Below are positions 22,735 through 31,885 of a DNA stretch of 64,000 bases, in pieces. The stretch spans positions 192,001 through 256,000 of the forward strand of contig JASGHJ010000002.1 in NCBI GenBank assembly GCA_047602405.1, in the 5' to 3' direction. A program made the translations under genes and the position numbers. The stretch's first letter is position 1, and every line of letters starts with the position of its first letter. The notes under the pieces were generated by a model. The model searched no databases. It was not told the origin of the DNA and saw only the letters and a list, made by a program, of their open reading frames with translations. This DNA is from Anaeromyxobacteraceae bacterium (GTDB lineage: Bacteria; Myxococcota; Myxococcia; Myxococcales; Anaeromyxobacteraceae).

Positions 22735-23544
22735 ATGAACAAGCTCGTCGCAATCCTCGCCGCCTGCCTCGCCACTGCCACCGCCACTGGCGCCGCCGCG
22801 CAGGACGCGGCCGCACCGAAGCCGCCCGAGGAGTGGAAGGGCACCGCCGGCGCCGGCCTGATCCTCCTCACCGGCAACACCAGCACCATCACCTCGACGG
22901 CGGTCCTCGGCGCGAAGCGCAACTGGTCCGACTGGGCCCTCGAGTTCAAGGCGGGCGGCGTCTACGGCCGCACGCGCCCGGTGGACAAGGCGCAGGACCC
23001 GCAGACCGTCGCGCTCGCCGCGAACTCGCAGCTCCGCGGCGACCGGAAGTTCGGCGAACACCTCAGCGTGTACGCCCTCACCGGCCTCGACACGGACCAC
23101 GTCGCCTCGGTGGAGTGGCGCGGCTACGGCGAGGGCGGTCTCGGCTACGTCTGGCTGAACACGAAGTGGGAGGGGGACCGCGAGTTCTTCCTCCGCACCG
23201 ACCTCGGTCTCCGGTACGCGAAGGAGTCCCGCTGGCAGTACTACGGGGTCCTCCCGGCGACCGGCCCGGACATCCAGGACGCCGAGCTCCTCGGCCCGCG
23301 CGCCGGCCTCTCGCTCCGCTGGCAGAACACGAAGAACGTCATCCTCACCGAGGACGCCGAGTTCATCCCGAACGTGCAGGGCGACGCCCGGTACCTCGTG
23401 AAGTCGGTGACGAAGCTCGCGACGCGGCTCTCGACGGCGCTCACCTTCGGCGTCGCCTACACGGTGGCCTTCGACTCGAAGCCGGCGCCCGGCAAGGTGA
23501 ACACCGACACGATCCTCGGCGTGACCCTCGAGACCGCGTTCTAG
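22735..23544 (+). CDS. DUF481/YdiY-like outer membrane beta-barrel
   Basis: AGGAG RBS, signal peptide, TGNTST, alternating beta strands, C-terminal Phe. Confidence 0.75.
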   Translation: MNKLVAILAACLATATATGAAAQDAAAPKPPEEWKGTAGAGLILLTGNTSTITSTAVLGAKRNWSDWALEFKAGGVYGRTRPVDKAQDPQTVALAANSQLRGDRKFGEHLSVYALTGLDTDHVASVEWRGYGEGGLGYVWLNTKWEGDREFFLRTDLGLRYAKESRWQYYGVLPATGPDIQDAELLGPRAGLSLRWQNTKNVILTEDAEFIPNVQGDARYLVKSVTKLATRLSTALTFGVAYTVAFDSKPAPGKVNTDTILGVTLETAF

Positions 23545-23552
23545 CGGGGGCT

Positions 23553-23602
23553 TCCTTCGACTCCGTTTACCCTGAGCTTGCCGAAGGGCTCAGGATGAGC
23601 GG
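23553..23602 (+). repeat. REP-like element, copy 3, with a nested inverted short copy
   Basis: TCCTTCGACTCCG-[TTTACCCTGAGCTTGCCGAAGG]-GCTCAGGATGAGCGG. Confidence 0.75.
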
Positions 23603-23621
23603 CTGTATTTCCCGGCAGCGA

Positions 23622-24437
23622 CTACCGCTGCCTCCGCAGGTACTCCGACGGCGGCATGCCGACCAGCGCCCTGAAGTCGCGGGCGAAGTGGGCCTGGTCG
23701 GCATAGCCGAGGTCGTGGGCGAGGCGCCCGAGCCCGCCCGGCGCGCCGGCCTCGAGCGCGAGCAGGGCCTCGTGCAGCCGGTACCGCGCGATGGCCCACT
23801 TCGGGCCAATCCCCACCACGTCCCTGAACCAGCGCTGGAGCTCCCTCCTCGAGAGGCCGAACCGCTCGACGAGATCCTCCACCCGGCGCACCGCGCGGTC
23901 GGTCGCGGCCGCGTCCAGGATCCGGCCGAGGAGCTCGAGGTCTCCCGCGGGCGGCGGCAGCGCCTCCTCCCAGAAGCCCCGCGCCGCGGCCATGCGCGCC
24001 CGCCCGTCGCGGCCGGCCAGGACCGCGCGCAGGTAGGCGCCGGCGCGCCGCGCCCCGAGCACGTCGGCGAGCGGGACGCGGCGCCCGGTGAGCGACGACA
24101 CCGGCGCGCCGAGGAGCGGCCGGAACGCGCCGGGCAGGAACTTCGTGCCGAGCACCCAGCCGCGCCCCTCGAGCGCCGCCTCGTGGCGGCCGCGCGAGAC
24201 GCCGACGACGCTCGCCGCGCCGCCCTCGACGACCACGTGCACCACCGGGTGGCCGAGCGAGGCCTGCACGTGCCGGACACCGGCCGGGAGGGCCCAGGTC
24301 ACGTACCAGAAGTGCTCGATGGAGGCCGCGAGCCGCGGGCCGGGAAGCCACCGCCCGTGGGTGAGCCTCCCGGGCGGCCGGCCCAGGCGGACGAGGCCGC
24401 GCGGCGGGCGCGGCGAGGGCGCGAGCGCGCGGCTCAC
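23622..24437 (-). CDS. AraC-family transcriptional regulator
   Basis: IEHFWYVTW N-domain, SRRELQRWF..VGIGPK, LAHDLGYADQAHFARDF; GTG start overlaps the upstream stop. Confidence 0.9.
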   Translation of the reverse strand: MSRALAPSPRPPRGLVRLGRPPGRLTHGRWLPGPRLAASIEHFWYVTWALPAGVRHVQASLGHPVVHVVVEGGAASVVGVSRGRHEAALEGRGWVLGTKFLPGAFRPLLGAPVSSLTGRRVPLADVLGARRAGAYLRAVLAGRDGRARMAAARGFWEEALPPPAGDLELLGRILDAAATDRAVRRVEDLVERFGLSRRELQRWFRDVVGIGPKWAIARYRLHEALLALEAGAPGGLGRLAHDLGYADQAHFARDFRALVGMPPSEYLRRQR

Positions 24438-25051
24438 CGGAGCGCGGGGTTCTTCACCGGGCCGGCGACCTTCCGGAGCACGTTCCGGTCGGTGTGGTGG
24501 AACGGCTCGGGGCGCCCGGCGATGCGCAGCACGGTGTCCTGCTCGTACGTGAGCGTGCCGTCGCGGTTCAGCGTGAACGTGCAGGTGTAGGACTCGGTCC
24601 GGAAGTTCTCGTGGAGGAAGGGGCCCGAGGCGATGCCGGCGGTCGGGGAGCCGAGCTCGGCCTTCACGGTGAACGTCCGGTCGCCGGGCGCCGCGCGGCC
24701 CGCGGCCAGCGCGACCTGCGCCCGCGGGATGGCGAGGGTCTGCCAGAGGCCGCCCGTCGCGGGCTCCCACAGCCAGTAGCCGACCTGGTCGTGGAACGTC
24801 TCGGTCTCGCCCACCTTCGTGACGAACACGTGGTAGCGCAGGCCGTAGAGGAGCTGCGGGCCATTCGGCTGCGGGTCGATGGGCTCGAAGTCGATCCGCT
24901 CGAGGTAGGGCTCCTTCTCCTCCCCCTCGGCGACGGGGTGGAGATCCTCCCCGCGCCCCTCCCAGCTGCCGGCGAGGGGCGCGAGCGGACCGAGGTTCGC
25001 GAGCGTGTCGGGGTCGATGGGATCGGGCTCGGTGTAGAGGTCGACGGCCAT
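24434..25051 (-). CDS. Nitrobindin/DUF1794-like heme-binding beta-barrel protein
   Basis: LGPLAPLAGSWEG, QLLYGLRY, FHDQVGYWLW, C-terminal FHHTDRNVL. Confidence 0.8.
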   Translation of the reverse strand: MAVDLYTEPDPIDPDTLANLGPLAPLAGSWEGRGEDLHPVAEGEEKEPYLERIDFEPIDPQPNGPQLLYGLRYHVFVTKVGETETFHDQVGYWLWEPATGGLWQTLAIPRAQVALAAGRAAPGDRTFTVKAELGSPTAGIASGPFLHENFRTESYTCTFTLNRDGTLTYEQDTVLRIAGRPEPFHHTDRNVLRKVAGPVKNPALR

Positions 25052-25080
25052 GCCGGGAGCCTACCCGAGCCCGCGCCTTC

Positions 25081-26193
25081 TCAAAATGCCCAGCCGAGGC
25101 CGACGTTCACGGCGGTCCCCGCGGAGTTCTCCGAGAAGTGCTGGTAGTCCGCCTTCACGACCACCTCCGGCGTCACGTGGAAGCTCGCGCCCGCGGTGAC
25201 GACGGTCTCGGTCTCGAGCGCCGCGGGCGTGACCCCCGGCCCGAGGTCCGCGTAGCTGCGGCCGGTGTTCACCTGCTCGACGCGCGCGAACGGCGTGAGC
25301 GCCATGCCGTCCTTCTCCCAGACCCGGTAGCCGGCCTGCGCGTACCAGCCGTCGAACGCCTCCGGCACGAGCGACGTCTGGCCGACGAGGGGGAGGTTGA
25401 TGGCGCGGGTGTTCGAGAACGAGCCGCGCGCGTAGAGGGCGGCGACGTCGAGCTTGCCGGGCGACCAGCGCGCGTGGACGTCCCAGAGGAGCAGCGTCGA
25501 GTGCGGCACGCCGGGCTGGCCCTGGCTCACGCCGCCGAGGAAGGCCGAGGCGCCGAGGCGCAGCCCGGGGACGCCGCGCCAGTCCGCGGCGAGGAAGCCC
25601 GAGGCGTCGTGGGCGCGGGCGAGCTGGAGCTCCTGGTGGATGGAGCCGAGCGGCTCCTCCTGGCCCTCGCCGGAGGTGGCGTCCCACTTCGAGAGGTCGA
25701 AGCCGGTCGTGAGGCCGGCCTGCAGCGTCACCGCCGCGGGCAGCGCCGCGGAGAGCGAGATGCCGCCCTCGCGCCAGGTGGTGGGGATGATCGCCTGCTC
25801 GACGAACGTGCGGTTCACGCCCAGGAACGCCGTCGGCTCGTGGCTCGTGTTGAGGAAGCCCATCGGGATCAAGAGGAGGCCGGCGCGGGCGGTGAGGACG
25901 TCCCCGAGGCGCCGCTCGATGAACGCCTGCTCGATGGCGACCTCGCCCGCGTCCTCCGCGGAGGCGATCGCGTGCTCGACCTCAATCTCCGCGACGAACG
26001 AGGTCGAGGCGTCGAAGGTGCGCTCGAGGCCGAACACGAGGCGGCGGAGATCGGCCTGGGCGTCGCGGGGGCTGTCGATCGGGCGCTGGTAGACGAGCTC
26101 GCCGTAGCTCGTGATGCGGGTCTCGGGCGCGTCGGCGGCGAGCGTGGCGAGCGGGAGGGAGAGGAGGGCGGCGGCGAGGGCGAGGCGGGGCAT
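25081..26193 (-). CDS. Outer membrane porin (OprO/OprP-like family)
   Basis: Signal peptide, YGEL, EIEVEH, EQAF, HEPT, IIPTTWRE, VVVKADYQ, terminal WAF. Confidence 0.75.
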   Translation of the reverse strand: MPRLALAAALLSLPLATLAADAPETRITSYGELVYQRPIDSPRDAQADLRRLVFGLERTFDASTSFVAEIEVEHAIASAEDAGEVAIEQAFIERRLGDVLTARAGLLLIPMGFLNTSHEPTAFLGVNRTFVEQAIIPTTWREGGISLSAALPAAVTLQAGLTTGFDLSKWDATSGEGQEEPLGSIHQELQLARAHDASGFLAADWRGVPGLRLGASAFLGGVSQGQPGVPHSTLLLWDVHARWSPGKLDVAALYARGSFSNTRAINLPLVGQTSLVPEAFDGWYAQAGYRVWEKDGMALTPFARVEQVNTGRSYADLGPGVTPAALETETVVTAGASFHVTPEVVVKADYQHFSENSAGTAVNVGLGWAF

Positions 26194-26219
26194 GGTGGGG
26201 ACTCCAGTGAGCGTCGGGG

Positions 26220-27395
26220 TCAAGGGGTGGTGAAGCCGTCGTCGAGGGTCTTCAGGAACTCGATCACGTCGGCGATCTCGGCGTCGTCGAGCGCGGGCGG
26301 CTGGCCCGGCCGGCGGTCGTACGGCGGCTCCGAGACGTTCACGTTGCGGTGGAGCTCGGGCGGGAGATCGTCGAACTTCTTCACGCCGCCCTGGCCGTCG
26401 GGCGGGTAGAACTTCTCCGGGCTCGTGTCGCGCTCGACGTAGAAGTGCAGCACGTCCTCGAGCGAGGTGAACCGCGCGTTGTGGAAGAACACCTTCCGCT
26501 GCGCGACGTTCCGGAGCGACGGCACCTTGAACGCGCCGCAGAGATCCTTGCGGTCCGCGAGCTCCGGCCGGCCGCAGAGGCCGAGGTCGAAGTGGGCCGG
26601 GTCGGCGTTGGCCGGGATGGCGGGGTTCCGCGGCACGCCGAGCGCGTCGTAGGTGAAGTCGGTGAAGAGGGGCGGCGCGCCGCCGGGGCTGGCCTTCGAG
26701 GGGTGGCACGCCGCGCAGTTGCCCTTCGTGGGCGCGTTGAACAGCGCGAGGCCGCGGAGCTCGCGGTCGGAGAGCCGGGCCTCGCCGCGCAGGAAGGCGT
26801 CGTACTTGCTCGTGTAGGGCGCGAAGGCCACGTCCTCGCGCTCGTACGCCTCGATGGCGAGGGTCATGCGCAGGTAGGCGCCGTCCACGTCGTCGAACAC
26901 CCCGTCGCCGAAGAGCGCGCGGAGCTCGCCGGCGTAGGGCGCCGCGGCGAGCTGCTCGACCACGGCCTCCTTCGACGGCATCGCCATCTCGACCGGGTTC
27001 AGGAACGGCCCCGCGGCCTGCGCGGCGAGCGAGGCCGCGCGGCCGTCCCAGAAGAAGCCGCCCGCGGGCGTGCCGTCGGCCTCGAACCGGAACGGGCCGG
27101 AGAGCGTCAGGTAACGGATGGCCGGCGCCTGGCGCGTGCCGGCGAGATCGAGCCCCGCGCCGCCGAGCTGGACGGGGAGGCCGTTCGCCGGCGTGAAGGC
27201 GTGGGCCTCGTCGTGGCAGGTGGCGCAGGCCATCTGGCCGGAGGCGGAGAGCGAGGTGTCCTTGAAGATCCGTTCCCCGACCTGCGCCAGGGGGGAGAGG
27301 GTGCGCGCGGCGGGAGGCGGCTCGGGAGGGGTGGAGCCGCAGCCGGCCGCGAGGGGGAGCGACGAGGCGAGGACGATGTTGAGAATGATTCTCAT
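26220..27395 (-). CDS. Di-heme cytochrome c peroxidase/MauG-family lipoprotein
   Basis: Lipobox LAAGC, CATCH and CAACH, FFWDGRA, NPVEM, FKVPSLRNV, FFHN. Confidence 0.9.
   Translation of the reverse strand: MRIILNIVLASSLPLAAGCGSTPPEPPPAARTLSPLAQVGERIFKDTSLSASGQMACATCHDEAHAFTPANGLPVQLGGAGLDLAGTRQAPAIRYLTLSGPFRFEADGTPAGGFFWDGRAASLAAQAAGPFLNPVEMAMPSKEAVVEQLAAAPYAGELRALFGDGVFDDVDGAYLRMTLAIEAYEREDVAFAPYTSKYDAFLRGEARLSDRELRGLALFNAPTKGNCAACHPSKASPGGAPPLFTDFTYDALGVPRNPAIPANADPAHFDLGLCGRPELADRKDLCGAFKVPSLRNVAQRKVFFHNARFTSLEDVLHFYVERDTSPEKFYPPDGQGGVKKFDDLPPELHRNVNVSEPPYDRRPGQPPALDDAEIADVIEFLKTLDDGFTTP
27380..27394. promoter_or_regulatory. Fur-box-like 7-1-7 inverted repeat
   Basis: TGAGAAT-G-ATTCTCA, a perfect AT-rich palindrome in very GC-rich DNA, overlapping the di-heme gene start. 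Confidence 0.7.
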
Positions 27396-27468
27396 GTTCA
27401 GATTGTTTGTAGCGCGGCCGCGCCGGGCCGGTCAAGCGCCGGGTTCGCCGGCGTGTTAAGCCCCGGCC

Positions 27469-28434
27469 ATGAAGGCGATCCAGCTCAGGGCGTTCGGGGG
27501 TCCGGAGGTGTTCGAGGCCGCCGAGCTGCCCGACCCGGCCCCCGGTCCCGGCCAGCTCCTCGTGCGCGTGCTCGCGACCTCGGTGAACCCGGTCGACTAC
27601 AAGATCCGCCACGCCGGCAGCTGGGCGCAGGTGAAGCCCCCGGCGATCATCGGCTACGACGCCGCCGGCACGGTGGAGGCGCTCGGGCCCGGCGTGACGG
27701 GCTTCGCGAAGGGCGACGCGGTGTTCTACACGCCGCGGATCTTCGGGCGGCAGGGCACCTACGCCGAGCTGCACGTGGTCGACGCGGACATCGTCGCGCC
27801 GAAGCCGCCGAACCTCACCTACCTCGAGGCGGCGAGCCTGCCGCTCGCGGGCTGCACGGCGTGGGACGCGATCGTCCGCCTCGCGCAGGTCCGGCCGGGC
27901 GAGGACGTGCTCGTCCACGCGGGCGCGGGCGGGGTGGGCTCGATCGCGGTCCAGCTCGCCCACGCCGCGGGCGCGCGCGTGCTCGCGACGGCCCGGGCGC
28001 CGAACCACGCGCTCGTGCGCGGCCTCGGCGCGGACGAGGTCGTCGACTACACGGCCGAGGACTTCGCGAAGGCCGCGGTCCGCTTCACGCGCGGCAAGGG
28101 GCTCGACGTCGCGTTCGACACGGTGGGCGGCGACCTCCTGTCGCGCACCGTCCCCGCGATGAGGCCGTACGGCCGGATGGTCGGCTGCGTCTCCTGCACG
28201 GGCGACCTCTCCGGCGCCGTCGGCAAGAACCTCACCGTCCACTTCGAGTTCCTGGAGCGCGCGAAGGCGAAGATCGACGCGCTGGCGGCGCTCGCGGAGC
28301 GCGGCCAGGTGCGCGCCGTCATCGACGCGGTGCTCCCGCTCGACCGGGTCGCCGAGGCGCACCGGAAGATCGAGGCCGGCGGCATGCGCGGCAAGCTCGT
28401 GCTCGAGGTCGCGAAGGGCGCGGACCGGCGCTGA
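27469..28434 (+). CDS. MDR-family NADPH:quinone oxidoreductase / alcohol dehydrogenase-like protein
   Basis: FGGPEV, SVNPVD, GYDAAG, HAGAGGVG, RGKLVL. Confidence 0.88.
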   Translation: MKAIQLRAFGGPEVFEAAELPDPAPGPGQLLVRVLATSVNPVDYKIRHAGSWAQVKPPAIIGYDAAGTVEALGPGVTGFAKGDAVFYTPRIFGRQGTYAELHVVDADIVAPKPPNLTYLEAASLPLAGCTAWDAIVRLAQVRPGEDVLVHAGAGGVGSIAVQLAHAAGARVLATARAPNHALVRGLGADEVVDYTAEDFAKAAVRFTRGKGLDVAFDTVGGDLLSRTVPAMRPYGRMVGCVSCTGDLSGAVGKNLTVHFEFLERAKAKIDALAALAERGQVRAVIDAVLPLDRVAEAHRKIEAGGMRGKLVLEVAKGADRR

Positions 28435-28447
28435 GGGCCCGCGCCGG

Positions 28448-29602
28448 TCAGCGGGTCCTGCGCGCGGCGGGCTCGACGCCGCGCGCGGAGGTCTCCGTCC
28501 CAGGCGCCGGGCGGATCGGGCCGACGATCGGCGGGCTGGGCGGCGTCGTGCACTTGGCGTTCTTCGTGCGATCCCAGCAGTACGGGGCGGCCTTCGGGTC
28601 GTCGGCGCGGAAGTAGAGCGTGGCGACCCCGAACTCGATGGCGTACTCGTCGATCGGCGCGTCGCCGCTCGAGTTCTGCAGCTGCCCGAGGGTGATCCCG
28701 GCGGTCTCGAACACGAGGAGCTGCTTCAGGCAGTACTCGCTCGCCTTCCCACCGACGCCCTCGCCCGCGACCGTGACGTAGACGGTGGGGATGTGCTTCC
28801 CGGTGGCGGCGTACTCGAACATCTTCGTGGAGAGGTCGCTCGCCGGCAGCGGAATCGAGAGGGCGTCGAAGACGATCTTCCCGGCGCCCGCGCCGCCGGA
28901 GCCCGACCCGATGACGGAGGCGTTCGTGTAGCGCCACGAGTAGCTCTCCATCGGGTAGTCGTACCCGGAGAACTCGGGGATCCTGACGAACAGGCGGTTC
29001 GCCCCCGTGCACGCCGTCCCCGGCTTCGGGGTGGGGGGCAGGTTGATGTTCGCGGGCGCCGCGGTCGTCCCCGCGGCCGGCCCCGGCGGTCCCGTGGGCC
29101 CCGTCGGTCCGATCGGCCCCTGGGGTCCCTGGGGCCCCTGCGGCCCCGCCGGCCCCACCGGGCCCGGGATGCCCTGCGGCCCCACCGCGCCCTGCGGGCC
29201 CTGTGCGCCCTGCGAGCCGGTGTCGCCCTTCGGGCCCTGCGGGCCCACCGGCCCCACCGCGCCAATCGTGAGGTAGAAGCCCTTCACCTCGCCGCCCTCG
29301 CCGTACCGGTGCTCGCTCGTCCTCACCGTGATGGCGTAGGTGCCCGGCCGCGGCGCGGGGGAGGGGAGGCGCGCGACGATGGCCGTCGGCGAGTACGTGT
29401 CGACCGTGAGCGGCGTCGTGCCGAGCAGCACCTTCGGCGCCTGCGCGACGCCGAAGCCGGTGCCGTTCACGAAGACGTGCTCGGCGTCGGAGTCGACCGA
29501 GAGGATGCGGGGCTGGCGATCGCCTTCGCGGTCGCCGTCGTGGGCGCGGGCGGGCGCTGCGAGCGCGAGCGCGAGGAGCGCCGCGGCGAGGGGCCTCGTC
29601 AT
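28448..29602 (-). CDS. Secreted Ig-like / collagen-like / Hcp-like fusion protein (384 aa)
   Basis: GGAGG RBS; signal peptide ending ARA; 21 Gly-X-Y triplets; C-terminal [44 protein letters not shown]. Confidence 0.75.
   Translation of the reverse strand: MTRPLAAALLALALAAPARAHDGDREGDRQPRILSVDSDAEHVFVNGTGFGVAQAPKVLLGTTPLTVDTYSPTAIVARLPSPAPRPGTYAITVRTSEHRYGEGGEVKGFYLTIGAVGPVGPQGPKGDTGSQGAQGPQGAVGPQGIPGPVGPAGPQGPQGPQGPIGPTGPTGPPGPAAGTTAAPANINLPPTPKPGTACTGANRLFVRIPEFSGYDYPMESYSWRYTNASVIGSGSGGAGAGKIVFDALSIPLPASDLSTKMFEYAATGKHIPTVYVTVAGEGVGGKASEYCLKQLLVFETAGITLGQLQNSSGDAPIDEYAIEFGVATLYFRADDPKAAPYCWDRTKNAKCTTPPSPPIVGPIRPAPGTETSARGVEPAARRTR
29075..29263 (-). repeat. Collagen-like (Gly-X-Y)21 coding repeat
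   Basis: [15 protein letters not shown]...GPTGPPGPA, uninterrupted. Confidence 0.95.
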
Positions 29603-29762
29603 GGTCTGTTCCCTCCCAGGGTGAAGCGGGTTTAGGGGGGATACCGGCCCGCCAGGGCGCCTGCCCGGCCGCCGCGGCAGCCTCCTTGGGTGTGGACCCA
29701 CGGTCCGATGACGGATTGTGCGGACCATCCCGGGGGCCCTTCGGAAGTGGCAGGATGCGGGC

Positions 29763-30485
29763 GTGGAAAATCCGGAACCGACCCGCGGCGAGACCTTCCG
29801 CGTGCTGCTCGTCGAGGACGACGAGCGGCTCGCCGCGCTCACGGCGCGCTACCTCGAGACGCACGGCCACTCGGTGACCGTCCTCGGCGACGGCCGGCTC
29901 GGGCTCGCCGAGGCCCTCAAGGGGCAGCACGACGTCGTCGTGCTCGACCTCATGCTGCCGCGCCTGGGCGGCCTCGAGATCTGCCGCGAGCTCCGGGCGC
30001 GGACCGCGGTGCCCATCATCATGGTCACCGCGCTCGGGGAGGAGGCAGACCGGGTCCTGGGCCTCGAGATGGGCGCCGACGACTACCTCGCGAAGCCCTT
30101 CTCGTCGCGGGAGCTGCTCGCGCGCCTCAGGGCGCTCGTGCGCCGCGGCCGCGGCGTCGTGGGGCCGCCGCGCGACGTCATCCGCGTCGGCGGGCTAGAG
30201 CTGTGGCCGCGCGACTTCTCGGGCACCCTCGACGGCAGGCCGCTCAAGCTCACCACCGCCGAGTTCGTGCTCCTGCGCGTCCTCGCCGAGCGGGCCGGGC
30301 GGGTGCTCACCCGCGAGCAGCTCCTCGACCTCACGAAGGGGAGCGCGGACGAGGCGTTCGACCGCTCCATCGACGCCCACATCTCCCGGGTCCGCCAGAA
30401 GCTCGGCGACGATCCCAGGAACCCGCGCATGCTCAAGACCGTGCGCGGGGCCGGCTACCTCCTCGCCCCGGGCGACGAGCCGTGA
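29763..30485 (+). CDS. OmpR-family response regulator
   Basis: [46 protein letters not shown]; start approximate. Confidence 0.93.
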   Translation: MENPEPTRGETFRVLLVEDDERLAALTARYLETHGHSVTVLGDGRLGLAEALKGQHDVVVLDLMLPRLGGLEICRELRARTAVPIIMVTALGEEADRVLGLEMGADDYLAKPFSSRELLARLRALVRRGRGVVGPPRDVIRVGGLELWPRDFSGTLDGRPLKLTTAEFVLLRVLAERAGRVLTREQLLDLTKGSADEAFDRSIDAHISRVRQKLGDDPRNPRMLKTVRGAGYLLAPGDEP

Positions 30486-31870
30486 GCCGGCCGCTCGCGC
30501 CGCTCGCGCTCCGGATCTGGGGCGTCACCGTCGCCTCGGTGCTCGTGAGCGTCACCGGCGTGTTCGCCACCCTGCACCTCGTCGCGCCGCCGCCGGGCGG
30601 TCCGCCGCCGGGCGGCGGGCCGTACGTGGTCCGCAACCTCGCGAGCATGGCCCGCGATCCGGTGGCGCTCGAGGGTGAGGTGAGCCGGGTGGAGCGCGAG
30701 GCCGGGATGCTCGCCTCCGTCCACCGGTGGGACGGCGCGCGCGTCGCCGGGCGCGACACGCCCCCGCTCACGCCGCGCGACCTCGACCTGCTCGCCCGCA
30801 CCGGCCGCGCGCACGTGGGCGGCGAGGCCTGCTTCCCGGGGCCGTGCCCGGAGGCGTTCCGGCTCGGGCCGCCCGACGCGCCGACCGGCTACGTCGTCCT
30901 CTCGCCGGTCGAGCACCGCGCGATGGGGGGCCTGTTGCCCCTCGTGCTCACCGTGCTCGGCCTCACCGTCGCCTCGGTGCTGCTCGGCGCGTACCTCGCC
31001 GGGCCCCTGCGCCGGCTCGCCGCCGCGGCGCGCGCCTTCGGCGCGGGGGATCTCACCGCCCGCTCGGGGCTGCGCCGGCGCGACGAGCTCGGCGAGGTGG
31101 GGCAGGCGTTCGACGAGATGGCCGACCGGCTCGTGACCACGCTGCGCGGCCAGACCGAGCTCGTCGCGAACGTCGCCCACGAGCTGCGCACCCCGCTCGC
31201 GCGCATCCGGGTGGCGCTCGACCTCGCCGAGGAGGGCGACGCGGCGGTCGCGCGGGCCTCGCTCGTCGACATCTCGCAGGACCTGTCCGAGCTCGAGGGG
31301 CTGGTGACGGACGTGCTCGCGAGCGCGCGCCTCGAGCTCGCCGCGGCGGCGCCGCCGGCCTCCGCCGGGACGCCGCCGCTCCGGATGGAGCGGCTCGACC
31401 TGGCCGCGCTGCTCCGCGACGCCGCCGAACGCCTGCGCCAGCGCCACCCCGACCGCGAGGTCCTGGCGGAGGTGCCGGACGCCCTGCCCGAGGTGGAGGC
31501 GGACCGGGTCATGCTCCGCCGGGCCGTGGAGAACCTGCTCGACAACGCGCGCAAGTACTCGCCCGCGCCCGAGCCGATCCGGCTCACCGCGCGGGCCGGC
31601 GCCGGAGGGGTCCAGATCGCCGTCACCGACCGAGGGGCCGGCATCGCGCCCGAGGACCTCCCGCACCTCTTCACGCCGTTCTTCCGCGCCGATCGCTCGC
31701 GGGCACGGGCGACCGGCGGGGTGGGGCTCGGGCTCTCGCTGTCGCGCCGCATCGCGGAGGCGCACCGGGGCACGCTCACCGTGGAGAGCGCCCCGGGCGC
31801 CGGCAGCACCTTCACGCTGCGGCTGCCGGCGCTCGACGCAGGCCTGCCGGCGAGCCCGCGCCCGGGGTGA
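30482..31870 (+). CDS. HAMP-domain sensor histidine kinase
   Basis: Two TMs, RRDELGEV, AHELRTPL, NLLDNA, DRGAGI, GGVGLGL. Confidence 0.93.
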   Translation: MSRPLAPLALRIWGVTVASVLVSVTGVFATLHLVAPPPGGPPPGGGPYVVRNLASMARDPVALEGEVSRVEREAGMLASVHRWDGARVAGRDTPPLTPRDLDLLARTGRAHVGGEACFPGPCPEAFRLGPPDAPTGYVVLSPVEHRAMGGLLPLVLTVLGLTVASVLLGAYLAGPLRRLAAAARAFGAGDLTARSGLRRRDELGEVGQAFDEMADRLVTTLRGQTELVANVAHELRTPLARIRVALDLAEEGDAAVARASLVDISQDLSELEGLVTDVLASARLELAAAAPPASAGTPPLRMERLDLAALLRDAAERLRQRHPDREVLAEVPDALPEVEADRVMLRRAVENLLDNARKYSPAPEPIRLTARAGAGGVQIAVTDRGAGIAPEDLPHLFTPFFRADRSRARATGGVGLGLSLSRRIAEAHRGTLTVESAPGAGSTFTLRLPALDAGLPASPRPG

Positions 31871-31885
31871 GCGGCGCCGGGGCCG

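Noticed and set aside
28448..29602. A type VI secretion gene cluster
   Set aside because: No TssB/C, VgrG, PAAR, ClpV or membrane-complex genes are in the window; only an Hcp-like domain within a signal-peptide protein.
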